Source: an uncultured Oscillibacter sp. (GTDB lineage Bacteria; Bacillota; Clostridia; Oscillospirales; Oscillospiraceae). From it: DNA of 61,049 bases. Made by a program: the position numbers and the translations under genes. This document shows positions 17,881 through 30,932 of the stretch, piece after piece. Where the stretch lies: positions 1 to 61,049 of the forward strand of contig CAMHBH010000001.1 of NCBI GenBank assembly GCA_946183175.1, given 5' to 3'. The first letter of the stretch is position 1; each line of letters opens with the position of its first letter. The notes under the pieces are model-generated. The model ran no database searches. It was not told the origin of the DNA and worked only from the letters and a program-made list of their open reading frames with translations.

Positions 17881-20800
17881 ATGCTGACAGTCTGGATGGG
17901 GCGGGCGCGGACGGGGAAATCAACCCGCATTCTGGAAACTATCCGCGCCCTCGGCGACCGTAGCGAACAAATATTACTCGTCCCGGAGCACGCCTCCCAC
18001 GCGGCGGAGGTCGACTTGTGCCGGGTGTGCGGCGACACCGCGAGCAGGCACGCGGAAGTATTGAGTTTCCGGCGGCTGTGCGACCGCGTACTCTCGGCGG
18101 TCGGCGGCATGTCGGAGACTTCCCTTGACGCCGGGGGGCGGCTGTTGACGCTGCAACGCTGTATGACCGAACTCTCGCCCGTGCTGACCGTCTACCGGAG
18201 GCCGTCGCGCAAGCCCGCGTTCCTGCAAAAACTGCTGGACGTATTCGACGAGTTGCGCGCGTTTGAGGTGACGCCGGAGTTGCTCTACGAGAAGGCCGGG
18301 GAACTGTCGGGCATGACCGCCGACAAATTGCGCGACCTGTCCATGCTCTACGGGGCCTACGAGGCGCGCTTACGCGAGCGTGGGCACGACCGCCGCGACC
18401 GGATGAGCCGCCTTTGCGACAACCTCGAACCGTCGGGCTACGTCGCCGGGAAGGACATCTTTCTGGACGGCTTCACCTACTTCAACGCGCAGGAACGGCG
18501 GGCGCTGTCGGTGATGTTGCGACAGGCGCACTCCGTGACGGTGGCGCTGTTAGGGGAACCCGACAGCCGCGAGGAAATGTTTACCATGGCCCTGCGCACG
18601 CTCTGGCAGTTGCGGCGACTGGCCGACGACGCCGGGTGCCCGTTCCAGGTCGAAACGATGACCGCCCCGGCGTCGGGGGCCCTCGGACACCTCGAACGCC
18701 ACTTCTTCCGGGGCGGCGCGGCGTACTCCGGGGACTGCGCGGAAATCCACGTCCGGGAGGCGTCGAACGTCGTCACGGAGGCCGAACGCACCGCCGCCGA
18801 AATCGTCAAGCTGGTGTCGTCGGGGAAGGCGCGCTTCCGGGAAATCACGGTCTCCGCGCGGAATATGGAAGACTATCTGGGGACACTGCAAACGGTATTC
18901 GGGCGCTGGGAAATCCCGGCGTACTTCAGTAAGCGGAGCGACATTCTGGAAAAGCCCGCCGTCAGTCTGGTGACGGGGGCGCTGTCGGCGGTCACGGACG
19001 GCTACGAGTACGAGGACATGTTCCGGTGGCTGAAAACGGGCCTCGGCGGGCTGTCGCCGGAGGAATGCGACATCCTCGAAAACTACGCGCTGAAATGGGA
19101 GATTCACGGGGCCATGTGGACGCGCGACACCGACTGGACGGAACATCCCGACGGATACGGAAACGAGTGGACGGACGAACAGTCGGCGCGTCTGCGGCAG
19201 GTCAACGCGTTGCGGCGGCGTGTACGGGAAACGCTGTTGCCGCTGTCGGAGGGGCTGAAAAGCGGCGAGACGGCGGCGGAAAAAGTAGAGGCACTTTACA
19301 GCTTCCTGGAACGTCTGCAACTCCGGGAGGCCCTCGAAAGCCGGATACGCTTACAGGCCGACGCCGGACGCCTACAGGAAGCGGAGGAAACCGCGCAACT
19401 GTGGGAAATCCTCTGCGGCGTCCTCGACCAGTTCGTAGAAATTCTGGGCGACGAGCGCATGGATTCCGACACCTTCGCGCGGCTGTTCCGGCAGATTCTG
19501 TCACAGTACAGCGTGGGCACGATTCCGGCGTCACTCGACCAGGTATCCGTCAGCGAGATTACGCGCAACGACCGCCACACGGTGAAATATCTGTTTCTGC
19601 TGGGCGCGAACGACCACGTTTTACCGACGCCGGCGCAGTCGGGCGGGATTCTCAACGAGGACGACCGCCGCGAACTGTCCGCGCGCGGCGTCGAACTCGC
19701 CCCGAACGGCCTCGAACAGATGAGCATGGAATTGCAAAATCTTTACGCCGCGCTGGCACAGCCCACACACGGACTGACTGTCAGCTATGCGGCGACGGGC
19801 AGCGCCGGGGAGGAATTGCGGCCCGCGTTCGTGATTCCGCGCTTACTGTCGCTGTTCCCGGCGCTACGGGTGGAGTACGAGACCGGGCGGCACGAATACC
19901 GCCTGACGGCCAAACTCCCCGCCATGGAGGCCGCCGGGGGCGATATCGGCGGGCCGCTCTGGAACTACCTGGAGACGCGCGGCGACTGCGGCGCGGAACT
20001 GTCGGCGATGAGACGCGCGTCGGGCCTGCGGCGCGGGGCGCTGTCGCGTCCGGCGGTGCGCGCCCTCTACGGCGAACGCCTCGCGCTGTCGGCGTCGCAA
20101 CTGGAGCGCACGCGCAACTGTCACTTCTCGTTCTTCATGCGCTACGGACTGCGCGCGCGTCCCCGCGACGCCGCCGCCTTCGACGCCCCGCAAATCGGGA
20201 CGTTCCTGCACTACCTGTTGGAGCACGTCTGCGCGGACGTAAAGAGTATGGGCGGCTTCGCGGGCGTCGACGACGACACCTTACACGCCCTCGCCGAACG
20301 CTATATAGAGCAGTTCGTACGGGAGACCTTCGGCGACCTGTCGAAAAAGACGGCGCGCTTCCGCTACCTGTTCCAGCGACTGCGCCGGAGCGCCCTGGCG
20401 ATTGTCGACCAGACCGCGGAGGAACTGCGCCATTCGGATTTCGTCCCGGTGGAGTTCGAGTTGGGAATCGGCACGGCGTCCGGCGACGGGCGGAAGTCGT
20501 TCCCGTCCATCGTCATCCACGACCCCGGCGGCGAACTCCGCCTGCGCGGGCGCGTCGACCGCGTCGACGCCTGGCGGCACGGCGGAAAGCTGTACCTGCG
20601 CGTCATGGACTACAAGTCGGGGCGGAAGAAGTTCGACCTCTCCAACGTGCGCATGGGGCTTGACCTGCAAATGCTGTTGTACCTGTTCGCGCTGGAACGC
20701 GGCGGAAAGCAGTGGTTCGGGGAGGACGTACAGGCGGCGGGCGTGCTGTACTTCCCGGCCCGCGATACCATCCTCGACGCCGAGCGCGGAATCTCAGAAG

Positions 20801-21210
20801 AGGAGCTCGAAAAGGAGCGGCGGAAAGAATTTAAGCGTTCCGGTTTAATCCTGTCGGAGCCGGAAGCGTTACAGGCCATGGAGCACGAATCGCTGTCGGA
20901 GCCGCGCTTCCTGCCCATGCGCGTGGGCAAGGACGGCGGAATCACGGGCGATTTGGCGTCCGCCGCCCAACTGGGCAAGCTGGGCAAGTACGTCGAACGC
21001 CTCGTGCGCAAGATTGCGGAGGAAGTACGCGCCGGGAATATCGACGCCGACCCGTGCTGTCACTCGTCGGAGGACACGCCGTGCAAATACTGCGACTGGG
21101 CGGGGGCGTGTCACTTTCAGGACGGGCGCGACCGCGACAGACTGCGTTATGTGCGCAAAGTCAAGCCGGAGGAGTTCTGGGAACTGCTCGACAGGGAGGA
21201 ATCGCAATGA
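17881..21210 (+). CDS. addB: ATP-dependent helicase/nuclease subunit B
   Basis: GRARTGKS, LLVPEH, DGFTYF, RGRVDRVD..DYKSG nuclease, Fe-S cysteines (NC...PCKYCDWAGAC). Confidence 0.93.
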   Translation: MLTVWMGRARTGKSTRILETIRALGDRSEQILLVPEHASHAAEVDLCRVCGDTASRHAEVLSFRRLCDRVLSAVGGMSETSLDAGGRLLTLQRCMTELSPVLTVYRRPSRKPAFLQKLLDVFDELRAFEVTPELLYEKAGELSGMTADKLRDLSMLYGAYEARLRERGHDRRDRMSRLCDNLEPSGYVAGKDIFLDGFTYFNAQERRALSVMLRQAHSVTVALLGEPDSREEMFTMALRTLWQLRRLADDAGCPFQVETMTAPASGALGHLERHFFRGGAAYSGDCAEIHVREASNVVTEAERTAAEIVKLVSSGKARFREITVSARNMEDYLGTLQTVFGRWEIPAYFSKRSDILEKPAVSLVTGALSAVTDGYEYEDMFRWLKTGLGGLSPEECDILENYALKWEIHGAMWTRDTDWTEHPDGYGNEWTDEQSARLRQVNALRRRVRETLLPLSEGLKSGETAAEKVEALYSFLERLQLREALESRIRLQADAGRLQEAEETAQLWEILCGVLDQFVEILGDERMDSDTFARLFRQILSQYSVGTIPASLDQVSVSEITRNDRHTVKYLFLLGANDHVLPTPAQSGGILNEDDRRELSARGVELAPNGLEQMSMELQNLYAALAQPTHGLTVSYAATGSAGEELRPAFVIPRLLSLFPALRVEYETGRHEYRLTAKLPAMEAAGGDIGGPLWNYLETRGDCGAELSAMRRASGLRRGALSRPAVRALYGERLALSASQLERTRNCHFSFFMRYGLRARPRDAAAFDAPQIGTFLHYLLEHVCADVKSMGGFAGVDDDTLHALAERYIEQFVRETFGDLSKKTARFRYLFQRLRRSALAIVDQTAEELRHSDFVPVEFELGIGTASGDGRKSFPSIVIHDPGGELRLRGRVDRVDAWRHGGKLYLRVMDYKSGRKKFDLSNVRMGLDLQMLLYLFALERGGKQWFGEDVQAAGVLYFPARDTILDAERGISEEELEKERRKEFKRSGLILSEPEALQAMEHESLSEPRFLPMRVGKDGGITGDLASAAQLGKLGKYVERLVRKIAEEVRAGNIDADPCCHSSEDTPCKYCDWAGACHFQDGRDRDRLRYVRKVKPEEFWELLDREESQ

Positions 21211-24200
21211 GTGTAACGCTGACACCGGAACAGTCGGCGGCGGTCGAAAACCGGGGCGGACAGTTGTTAGTCTCGGCGGCGGCGGGTTCCGGCAAAACGA
21301 AAGTATTGGTAGAGCGGCTGTTCCGCTACGTCGAACAGGAGCACCGCAACCTCGACGAGTTCCTGATTATCACGTACACGAAAGCGGCGGCGGCGGAATT
21401 GCGCGGCAAAATCGCCGGGGAATTAAGTAAGCGCGTCGGGGAGAACCCCGGCAACGAACACTTGCGGCGGCAGATGTTGCGCGTCTATCAGGCCGACATC
21501 AAGACGGTCGATTCCTTCTGTACGGGGCTGTTGCGGGAGAATACGCACCTACTCGCGCGGGAGGGCGACCGCCACGCCCTGACGCCCGATTTCCGGGTAC
21601 TCGACGAGCCGGAGGCGGCGCTGTTGCGCGAACGCGTACTCCGCCGGACGCTGGAGGCGTTCTACGAAAACCTGTCGGCGGGCGGGGCGCTGTTGGCCGA
21701 CGCGATGGGCGCGGGGCGTGACGACAGGGCGCTCGCGGCGCTGGCGCTGGAAGTCTACGAGAAACTCCAAAGCCACGCGTGGCCTTTACAGTGGCTTGCG
21801 CGCAGTCGGGAGGCGTGGGAGAAATTGTCGCGCGGGGGCGCGGACTTCGGCGCGACAGTCTACGCGTCGGAACTGCGCGACACCGTGCGGCGGCGCGGCG
21901 CGTACTGGGAAGCGCTTCTCCGCGACTACGCCGCCCGTACGGCGGACGACCCCAAACTCAAAAAGGGCTACGGCGAGAAATTCCTGACGGCGGCGGGCGG
22001 TATGGACGCGCTGTCGCGGGCGGAATCATGGGACGACGCCGGGGCGCTCGCCGCGCAAGTGACATTCCCGCGCGTACTGGCCCCTCGGGGCCGCGCGAAT
22101 GACCCGCTTGTGCTGTCGCTGAAGCGCGTCTGGGATACGTGCAGGGACGGGCTGAAACGCTTGCAAAAGACCGTCGCCGTCAGCGGCGCGGACGCTATGG
22201 AGGATTTGCGCGCAATCGCCCCCGTCATGCTGGCCCTGCTGGGACTGGTCTCCGACTTTTCGGAGGCCTACCGCGCCGAAAAACTCCGTATCAACGCCGC
22301 CGACTTCGCCGACCAGGAGCATTTGTCGTTACAACTTCTGCTGTCCGGGGACGGCACGCCCACCGAAACCGGACGCCAGATTTCCGCGCGCTACGTGGAA
22401 ATTTTAGTCGACGAGTATCAGGACACCAACGAGGTACAGAACGCGATATTCCGGGCGGTGTCGCGGGAGGAGAAGAACCTGTTCGTAGTCGGGGACGTGA
22501 AACAGAGTATCTACCGGTTCCGCCTCGCCGACCCGACGATTTTCCTTCGCAAGTACGGGCAGTTCCAGCCTTACGAACAGGCCCGCGACGGTCAGGAACG
22601 CAAAATTCTGTTGTCGCGGAACTTCCGCTCCCGGCGGGAGATTCTCGACGCCGCCAACTTCGTCTTTACGAACATTCTCTCGCCGGAAATGGGGGAGATG
22701 TCCTACGGGACAGAAGAGGCGTTGCACTTCGGCGCGGAATACTACCCGCCGCGCGGCGACTGCGCCACGGAATTTCACCTGATAACGGCGCGCCGCCGTT
22801 CCGCCGCCGACGACCCCGAAAACCCGCCCGTGCGGCGCGTGACTGCGGAAGCGCGTTTCGTGGCGGGGCGTATCCGGGAACTGCTCGACGGCGGCTTTCC
22901 CGTCACCGACGCCGACGGCGCTTTCCGCCCCTGCCGCCCCGAGGATATCGTCATTCTCATGCGCTCCCCGCGCTCCCGGACTGCCGCGTTTTTCGAGGCG
23001 CTGTCGGAACGGAACATCCCGTGCTCCTTCGACGAGAGCGGCGGCTTCTTCGATACCATGGAAGTCTCGACGGCGTTCGCGCTGTTGCAGATTATCGACA
23101 ATCCGCGTCAGGACGTGCCGCTCATCGCCGTCTTGCGTTCTCCGGTGTTCGCGTTCACGCCCGACCGCCTTGCCGAAATCCGCGCGCGGCACACGCGGGG
23201 CGATTTCTACGACGCCCTCCGCGCCGCCGCCGGACTGCCCGACACCATAGAATCTCCGAACCCTTCCGACACGGCAAACTCTCCGCGACTGTCCGACACG
23301 CTGGAATCTACGGAACACTCCGACACGGTAGAATCTCCGCGACTGCCCGACGCGCAAGAAACCCCGGGCAGTCCCGACCCCGACTGTATCGCGTTTCTCG
23401 ACACGCTGTCGGAGTTGCGCCGCGCCGCGCCCGATATGGGCGTCTACGAGTTCTACTGCTACCTGTGCGGGCGGCTGAACCTGCTGGGGCTGTTCGGGGC
23501 GATGGACGCCGGGGAGGAACGCCGCGAAAATCTGCTCGCGTTCGGACGCCACGCCGAACGCTTTGAGCAGAACGGCTACCGGGGACTGTTCGCGTTCGTC
23601 ACGCAGACGCGGCGGCTTATCGACGCCGACCGCATGCCGCAGGGACAGAGCGGCAGTCACAGCGGCGTCCGGCTGATGAGCATCCACAAGTCGAAGGGGC
23701 TTGAATTTCCCGTCGTGGTACTGGCCGACTTAGACCACGAGTTTTCGCGGCAGGACTTCAAGGCCCCCGTACTCGTACACCCGGAACTCGGCCTCGGGCC
23801 GCAGTACGTCGACTTGCGCCGGCGTATCCGCTACCCGACGCTCGCGCGCGTCGCCGTACAGGAACGCTTGCGCCGGGAAAATCTGGCGGAGGAGCAGAGA
23901 ATCTTGTATGTCGCCATGACGCGCCCGAAAGAAAAGCTGATTCTGGTCGATACCGTTTACGGCGCGGAGAAAAAGCTACAGACTTTGGCCTCAATAACGG
24001 GCTGTCCGGTATTGCCGGAGAGCGTCGCGGCGGGGAAGTCGTTCGGCGACTGGCTGTTGCTGTCGCTGTTGACGCGCCCGGAGGCGTCCGCACTCCGCGA
24101 CGCCGCCGGGACGGAGCCGGATTCCCTGTGGGCGGGCGCGGATTCGCCGTGGGCGGTGTCCGTACACGACGCCGAGGACTTCCGCGACGCCCCCGACGCC

Positions 24201-24923
24201 GCGCGGACTGTCCGTGTAAGCGGGGCGGCGTCCGTGGAGTTCGATAAAGCGTTGTTGTCGTGGGAGTACCCCTACCGTACGGAAACCGTACTCCCCGCCA
24301 AACTCACCGCGACGCAGTTAAAGGGGCGGCCCGTCGACGAGGAAATCGCCGAGAACGCCGCCCACCGTCCCGCACTACGTCCGCTGTCGCAACCGCGTTT
24401 CCGCTGGGAGGCGCACGGCCTCACGCCCGCCGAACGCGGCACGGCTACCCACTTACTGTTGCAACATCTGGATTTTTCCGGCCCGGAGGCGTCCGTACAG
24501 GCGGCGGCCCTCGTCGAAAAGCGCCTGCTGACGCCCGAACAGGCCGACGCCATCCGGTACCGCGACATTGACCGTTTCCTGTCGTCGGCGCTGGCGGAGG
24601 AAATCCGCGCCGCGCGGACTGTGCGCCGCGAGTACCGCTTCACGCTCCTGACGGACGCCGCCGCCTACGACGCCCGCGCCCGCGCCGGGGATACCGTCCT
24701 GTTACAGGGCGTCGTCGACTGCTGTTTCGAGACCGACGCCGGAATCACGGTTGTCGACTTCAAGACCGACCGCGTACACGACGCGGCGCGGCTGTCGGAA
24801 CGCGTGGAGGCGTACCGCCCGCAGTTGCGCGCCTACAGCGACGCCTTGGAGCGTGTACTGGAACGCCCGGTAGTCCGCCGCGCGCTCTACTTCCTCGACA
24901 CCGGCGCGACCGTGGACGTATAA
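21207..24923 (+). CDS. addA: ATP-dependent helicase/nuclease subunit A
   Basis: SAAAGSGKT, VDEYQD, GDVKQSIYRFR, NFRS, SIHKSKGLEF, YVAMTR, GVVD..DFKTD. Confidence 0.95.
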   Translation: MSVTLTPEQSAAVENRGGQLLVSAAAGSGKTKVLVERLFRYVEQEHRNLDEFLIITYTKAAAAELRGKIAGELSKRVGENPGNEHLRRQMLRVYQADIKTVDSFCTGLLRENTHLLAREGDRHALTPDFRVLDEPEAALLRERVLRRTLEAFYENLSAGGALLADAMGAGRDDRALAALALEVYEKLQSHAWPLQWLARSREAWEKLSRGGADFGATVYASELRDTVRRRGAYWEALLRDYAARTADDPKLKKGYGEKFLTAAGGMDALSRAESWDDAGALAAQVTFPRVLAPRGRANDPLVLSLKRVWDTCRDGLKRLQKTVAVSGADAMEDLRAIAPVMLALLGLVSDFSEAYRAEKLRINAADFADQEHLSLQLLLSGDGTPTETGRQISARYVEILVDEYQDTNEVQNAIFRAVSREEKNLFVVGDVKQSIYRFRLADPTIFLRKYGQFQPYEQARDGQERKILLSRNFRSRREILDAANFVFTNILSPEMGEMSYGTEEALHFGAEYYPPRGDCATEFHLITARRRSAADDPENPPVRRVTAEARFVAGRIRELLDGGFPVTDADGAFRPCRPEDIVILMRSPRSRTAAFFEALSERNIPCSFDESGGFFDTMEVSTAFALLQIIDNPRQDVPLIAVLRSPVFAFTPDRLAEIRARHTRGDFYDALRAAAGLPDTIESPNPSDTANSPRLSDTLESTEHSDTVESPRLPDAQETPGSPDPDCIAFLDTLSELRRAAPDMGVYEFYCYLCGRLNLLGLFGAMDAGEERRENLLAFGRHAERFEQNGYRGLFAFVTQTRRLIDADRMPQGQSGSHSGVRLMSIHKSKGLEFPVVVLADLDHEFSRQDFKAPVLVHPELGLGPQYVDLRRRIRYPTLARVAVQERLRRENLAEEQRILYVAMTRPKEKLILVDTVYGAEKKLQTLASITGCPVLPESVAAGKSFGDWLLLSLLTRPEASALRDAAGTEPDSLWAGADSPWAVSVHDAEDFRDAPDAARTVRVSGAASVEFDKALLSWEYPYRTETVLPAKLTATQLKGRPVDEEIAENAAHRPALRPLSQPRFRWEAHGLTPAERGTATHLLLQHLDFSGPEASVQAAALVEKRLLTPEQADAIRYRDIDRFLSSALAEEIRAARTVRREYRFTLLTDAAAYDARARAGDTVLLQGVVDCCFETDAGITVVDFKTDRVHDAARLSERVEAYRPQLRAYSDALERVLERPVVRRALYFLDTGATVDV
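23241..23375 (+). repeat. 27-bp / 9-aa in-frame minisatellite inside addA
   Basis: Units start GACAC/GACGC at 23241, 23268, 23295, 23322, 23349. Confidence 0.85.
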
Positions 24924-24960
24924 GGCGTTCCGTTGCCACAGAACCGCGGACGTATAACAA

Positions 24961-25000
24961 AAAAAGCGCGGGCGTTCCATTTCACGGAATGCCCGCCCGC
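24961..25000. terminator. Terminator hairpin between convergent addA and the next gene
   Basis: AAAAAGCGCGGGCGTTCC-atttcac-GGAATGCCCGC. Confidence 0.6.
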
Positions 25001-25002
25001 GA

Positions 25003-26133
25003 TTAACAGCGTAAGTCCACATGACTGAGCGTCCCGGCCCCGCCCGTCTCCTTCAAATACACGCCTGTCTTGCGAATGACGCCGTTTGTCTCGTTTTCCG
25101 CGTCCTTCAGCGAAAATTCCGTGTCCGCGCTCCCGAGGTAAATCGCGCCGACATTCGCCTCTTTCAGCCCCATCAGCTTGTCATTCCCCTGCGCCTCTTT
25201 CGTCCACACGCGGAGCTCGGAGTAAATGTCGTCGTTCTCGTCAATCCAGTGGTTTCCGTCGCGGTCGTAGGCCGCCAAATCCGCGAAGCCGTCGCCGGAC
25301 TGCGTCCCGAACAGCTCGCTCCCGTCGTCAATGACGCCGTTTCCGTCGCGGTCAAGGGCCAGGAATCCGCTCCCCTCTCCCGCGAAGGAAATCGTCTCCT
25401 TTTCTCCGTCGCTGTCCAAATCGAACGCAAAGGTTCTGTCGCCGACAGAGGTCATATCGCTGTCGAGGTTGATAATCAGCGGGTCGGTCATGACGAATTG
25501 CTCGGTGCGGAAGGATTCGTAGCTTTCCGTGAAGGAACGCGACATATTCAGGGCAACGTCAATCTGAAAACTGCGCCCGTCCTCCGTGACGGCGTAGCCC
25601 TGTGTTTGAAACGTCGTGCGCTCGGCCTCCGAACGCGTGGCGCTCTCGGCCTCGATTCGTTGCCAGAGCGTCCCGCCCGACGTGGTGCCGACGGTCAATG
25701 TCCCCTGTACGGCCCCGAATATCTGCGCGCGCATGCCCGCCGCTTTCGAGACGGCCCCCCGCAAGTCGAGTACGCCGCCCTTGCGCAGTTCGCCGATTTC
25801 TACCGGGTCGAATTTTTTCCCGGGCCTGCCGTTCAGGATTTCCAGCATGGTTTCCAAAATGCGCTGTTTCACTCTCCGGAAATCCTCCTCGATGTCGAAC
25901 CCGCCCGCCGGAGACGTATTCGCCGCGCCGATGTCCATCTGTACTACGCTGGCGCGCTTCTCCGTCACTTTCGGTGCCTCTGTTGCGGAAGTCCCGGAGC
26001 CGTCGTAGACCGCCGCGAATTGCTTCATGGCCTTTCCGTCGGTTCTGACCTCTAAGGTCGTCTTCTCTCCGGAAACGTGGCTTTCATACGCATGACTGGA
26101 AGTCATGAAAATGTTGCTGTCTGCGATTTTCAT
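25003..26133 (-). CDS. Hypothetical protein with C-terminal DxDxDG calcium-binding domain of the type found in RTX/hemolysin-like proteins
   Basis: DPLIINLD, FDLDSDG, GFLALDRDGNGVIDDGSELFG, DGFADLAAYDRDGN..IDEND..LRVW; RBS GGAGAG. Confidence 0.75.
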   Translation of the reverse strand: MKIADSNIFMTSSHAYESHVSGEKTTLEVRTDGKAMKQFAAVYDGSGTSATEAPKVTEKRASVVQMDIGAANTSPAGGFDIEEDFRRVKQRILETMLEILNGRPGKKFDPVEIGELRKGGVLDLRGAVSKAAGMRAQIFGAVQGTLTVGTTSGGTLWQRIEAESATRSEAERTTFQTQGYAVTEDGRSFQIDVALNMSRSFTESYESFRTEQFVMTDPLIINLDSDMTSVGDRTFAFDLDSDGEKETISFAGEGSGFLALDRDGNGVIDDGSELFGTQSGDGFADLAAYDRDGNHWIDENDDIYSELRVWTKEAQGNDKLMGLKEANVGAIYLGSADTEFSLKDAENETNGVIRKTGVYLKETGGAGTLSHVDLRC

Positions 26134-26171
26134 GGCCGCTCTCCTCCCCGTGAAAGTTCTCTTATACTATT

Positions 26172-26197
26172 ATATCGGCGGGGCGCGCGAAAATTTA
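26172..26197 (-). promoter_or_regulatory. Putative sigma28 (FliA/SigD) promoter
   Basis: Minus strand TAAA-N14-GCCGATAT; -10 is a perfect SigD match, spacing is at the short end. Confidence 0.55.
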
Positions 26198-26329
26198 AGA
26201 AACGGCGCGAAAAGATTTGGACAACTGTCCGCGCTGGCAACGCAAGTAAACAAATATTGTGGAAACGGCGGAAAAACGTCGCCGGAATTGTGCAGATAAA
26301 CGAAAATCCGGGCGTCAACCAGAATTTCC

Positions 26330-26358
26330 TTGCTTGCGGGGCGGTTTTCCTCTATAAT
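26330..26358 (+). promoter_or_regulatory. Sigma-A promoter of the V/A-ATPase operon
   Basis: TTGCTT-17-TATAAT. Confidence 0.65.
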
Positions 26359-26459
26359 ATATTAGACTGTCCGTTTTCGACACCCGGCATGGAAAACGCT
26401 GGAAACGGGCGGCGCAACGTCAACACCGGAAGGACAATCCGGAGAGAAGGTGATAAAAG

Positions 26460-26774
26460 ATGTCTTTGGAAGCAATCCAGAAAGTGGCGGACGCGGAACA
26501 GGAAGGACAAAAACGGATTGCGGAAGCCCACGCGGAGGCGCGTCAGCTCCTCGCCGACGCCCAGAAGAACGGGGAAGCCTTAATAAAGGAAGTCCGGGCG
26601 GGCGCGGCGGAGGAACAGAGAAAGCTCATGCGTCAGGCGGAGGCGCGCGCCGCGGAGAAGGCCGCGCAAATCGACCGCGACGCGCGCGCCGAGGGCGACA
26701 GGCTCCGTAAGAACGCGAAGACGCACCTCAACGAAGCGGCGGATTACATTGTCAGAAAGGTCGTGGGACGCTGA
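26460..26774 (+). CDS. V/A-type ATPase peripheral stalk subunit (G/H)
   Basis: Charged coiled coil, first gene of the operon. Confidence 0.8.
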   Translation: MSLEAIQKVADAEQEGQKRIAEAHAEARQLLADAQKNGEALIKEVRAGAAEEQRKLMRQAEARAAEKAAQIDRDARAEGDRLRKNAKTHLNEAADYIVRKVVGR

Positions 26775-29280
<2,506 letters not shown>

Positions 29281-29304
29281 CCCCACGGAAAGGGGGTTCA
29301 GACA

Positions 29305-29922
29305 ATGAACGGAATTGAACGCATTACACAGCGAATCGCGCTCGACGCGCAGGAGCAGGTCAACGACATTCTGCGCAAGGGCCGCGACGAGGCCGCCGCG
29401 ATTACGGAGCGCTTCCGCGCGCAGGCCGACGGCGAACGTACGACGCTTTCCGAGCGCAACGAGAAGGCCGCCGCCGAACGCGAAGAGCGTCTCGTGAGCA
29501 TGGCGCACATGGAGGCGCGCAAAGTCACGCTGGCGGCGCGTCAGGAAATGGTCGAGGCCGCCTACGCGCGCGCCCTCGAACTGCTCCACGACATGCCCGA
29601 ACACGTCTACATCGACGTACTCGCGAAACTCATGGCGGAGGCGTCCGCAGGCGGCAAGGAGGAGGCCGTATTCTCCAGGAAAGACCGCGCGCGCGTCGGG
29701 CAGAAGGCCGTCGACGCCGCCAACAGGAAGTACGGCAAGGCGATTACGCTCTCCGACAGCACGGCGGACATCTCCGGCGGCTTCATCCTCAAGGGGCGCA
29801 ACGTGGAAGTCAACTGCACGTTTGAGACGCTGGTACGCCTGCAACGGGCCGAAACGGCGGGGGTCGTCGTCAGGACGCTGTTCCCTGAGAAAACCGAACT
29901 GCGCAAGGCGTCGGCCTCGTGA
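29305..29922 (+). CDS. ntpE: V/A-type ATPase subunit E
   Basis: MNGIERI.., ISGGFIL..NCTFE; operon position. Confidence 0.9.
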   Translation: MNGIERITQRIALDAQEQVNDILRKGRDEAAAITERFRAQADGERTTLSERNEKAAAEREERLVSMAHMEARKVTLAARQEMVEAAYARALELLHDMPEHVYIDVLAKLMAEASAGGKEEAVFSRKDRARVGQKAVDAANRKYGKAITLSDSTADISGGFILKGRNVEVNCTFETLVRLQRAETAGVVVRTLFPEKTELRKASAS

Positions 29923-29933
29923 GGGGGTAGCGT

Positions 29934-30920
29934 ATGGCCAAAGGTATCAAAGACACCGACTATCTGGCGATTTCGACCCGCATTCGGGCCATGGAAAACG
30001 GGCTCCTGAGCCGTGAGCGTATGGAACAGCTTTTAGAGGCCCGTACCGACGAGGACGCCGCCAAACTCCTGCAAGAGAGCGGCTACGGCGACCTCGACGC
30101 AAACCGCCCGGAGGCATTGGACGCGGCGCTGTGCGCCGTGCGCGCGGAGGCCTTCCGCGACCTCGCCGACGGCGCGCCCGATACGCGCTACCTCGACTTC
30201 TTCCGCGTTCGCTACGACTACCACAACGCCAAAGCCGTCGTCAAGGCGGCGGCCCTCGGCACGAATCCCGGTTCGATGTTCAGCGACTTGGGGCGCGTGT
30301 CGGCGGAGGAACTCGCGGAGGCCGACCCCGACAACCTTCCCGGACAACTCGGCCCCGCCATTGCGGAGGCCCGGGAAATCCTGGAGACCACCCGCGACCC
30401 GCAGTTAAGCGACATCGCGCTCGACCGCCGGATGTACGCCGACTTACAGGATATCGCCGACGAAACCGGGAGCGCCTTCCTGCAAGGCTACGTGAAAATC
30501 ATGGTTGACGCGGAGAACCTCCGCGCGCTGGTTCGTACGCTCCGCATGGGCCGCAACGCCGACTTCCTCAAGGGCGTACTCATCGACGGCGGCGAAACCG
30601 ACGCCGACAGTATTTTAGCCGTCGCCAACGGCGGAAACCTCGTCGAACTCTACGCCCCGACGCCGCTGGTCTCCGCCGCCGAAGCGGGCGCGGACGCCGT
30701 CAAGGGCGCAAGCCTGACAGCGTTCGAGAAACTCTGCGACGACGCGGTGATGGACTACCTGTCGGGGGCGCGGTTCGTGCCCTTCGGCGACGCGCCGTTA
30801 GTGGCGTATCTCGCGGCGAAAGAGACGGAGTACACGAACCTGCGGATTCTGCTGTTGGGCCGCGCCGCCGGACTGTCCGCCGATGTCATTCGCTCCCGGC
30901 TCCGCGCCGGGTACGTGTAA
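29934..30920 (+). CDS. ntpC: V/A-type ATPase subunit C
   Basis: RIRAME..LL, YDYHNAK, E..NLRIL..IRSRLR. Confidence 0.9.
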   Translation: MAKGIKDTDYLAISTRIRAMENGLLSRERMEQLLEARTDEDAAKLLQESGYGDLDANRPEALDAALCAVRAEAFRDLADGAPDTRYLDFFRVRYDYHNAKAVVKAAALGTNPGSMFSDLGRVSAEELAEADPDNLPGQLGPAIAEAREILETTRDPQLSDIALDRRMYADLQDIADETGSAFLQGYVKIMVDAENLRALVRTLRMGRNADFLKGVLIDGGETDADSILAVANGGNLVELYAPTPLVSAAEAGADAVKGASLTAFEKLCDDAVMDYLSGARFVPFGDAPLVAYLAAKETEYTNLRILLLGRAAGLSADVIRSRLRAGYV

Positions 30921-30932
30921 GGAGGGGATTTT

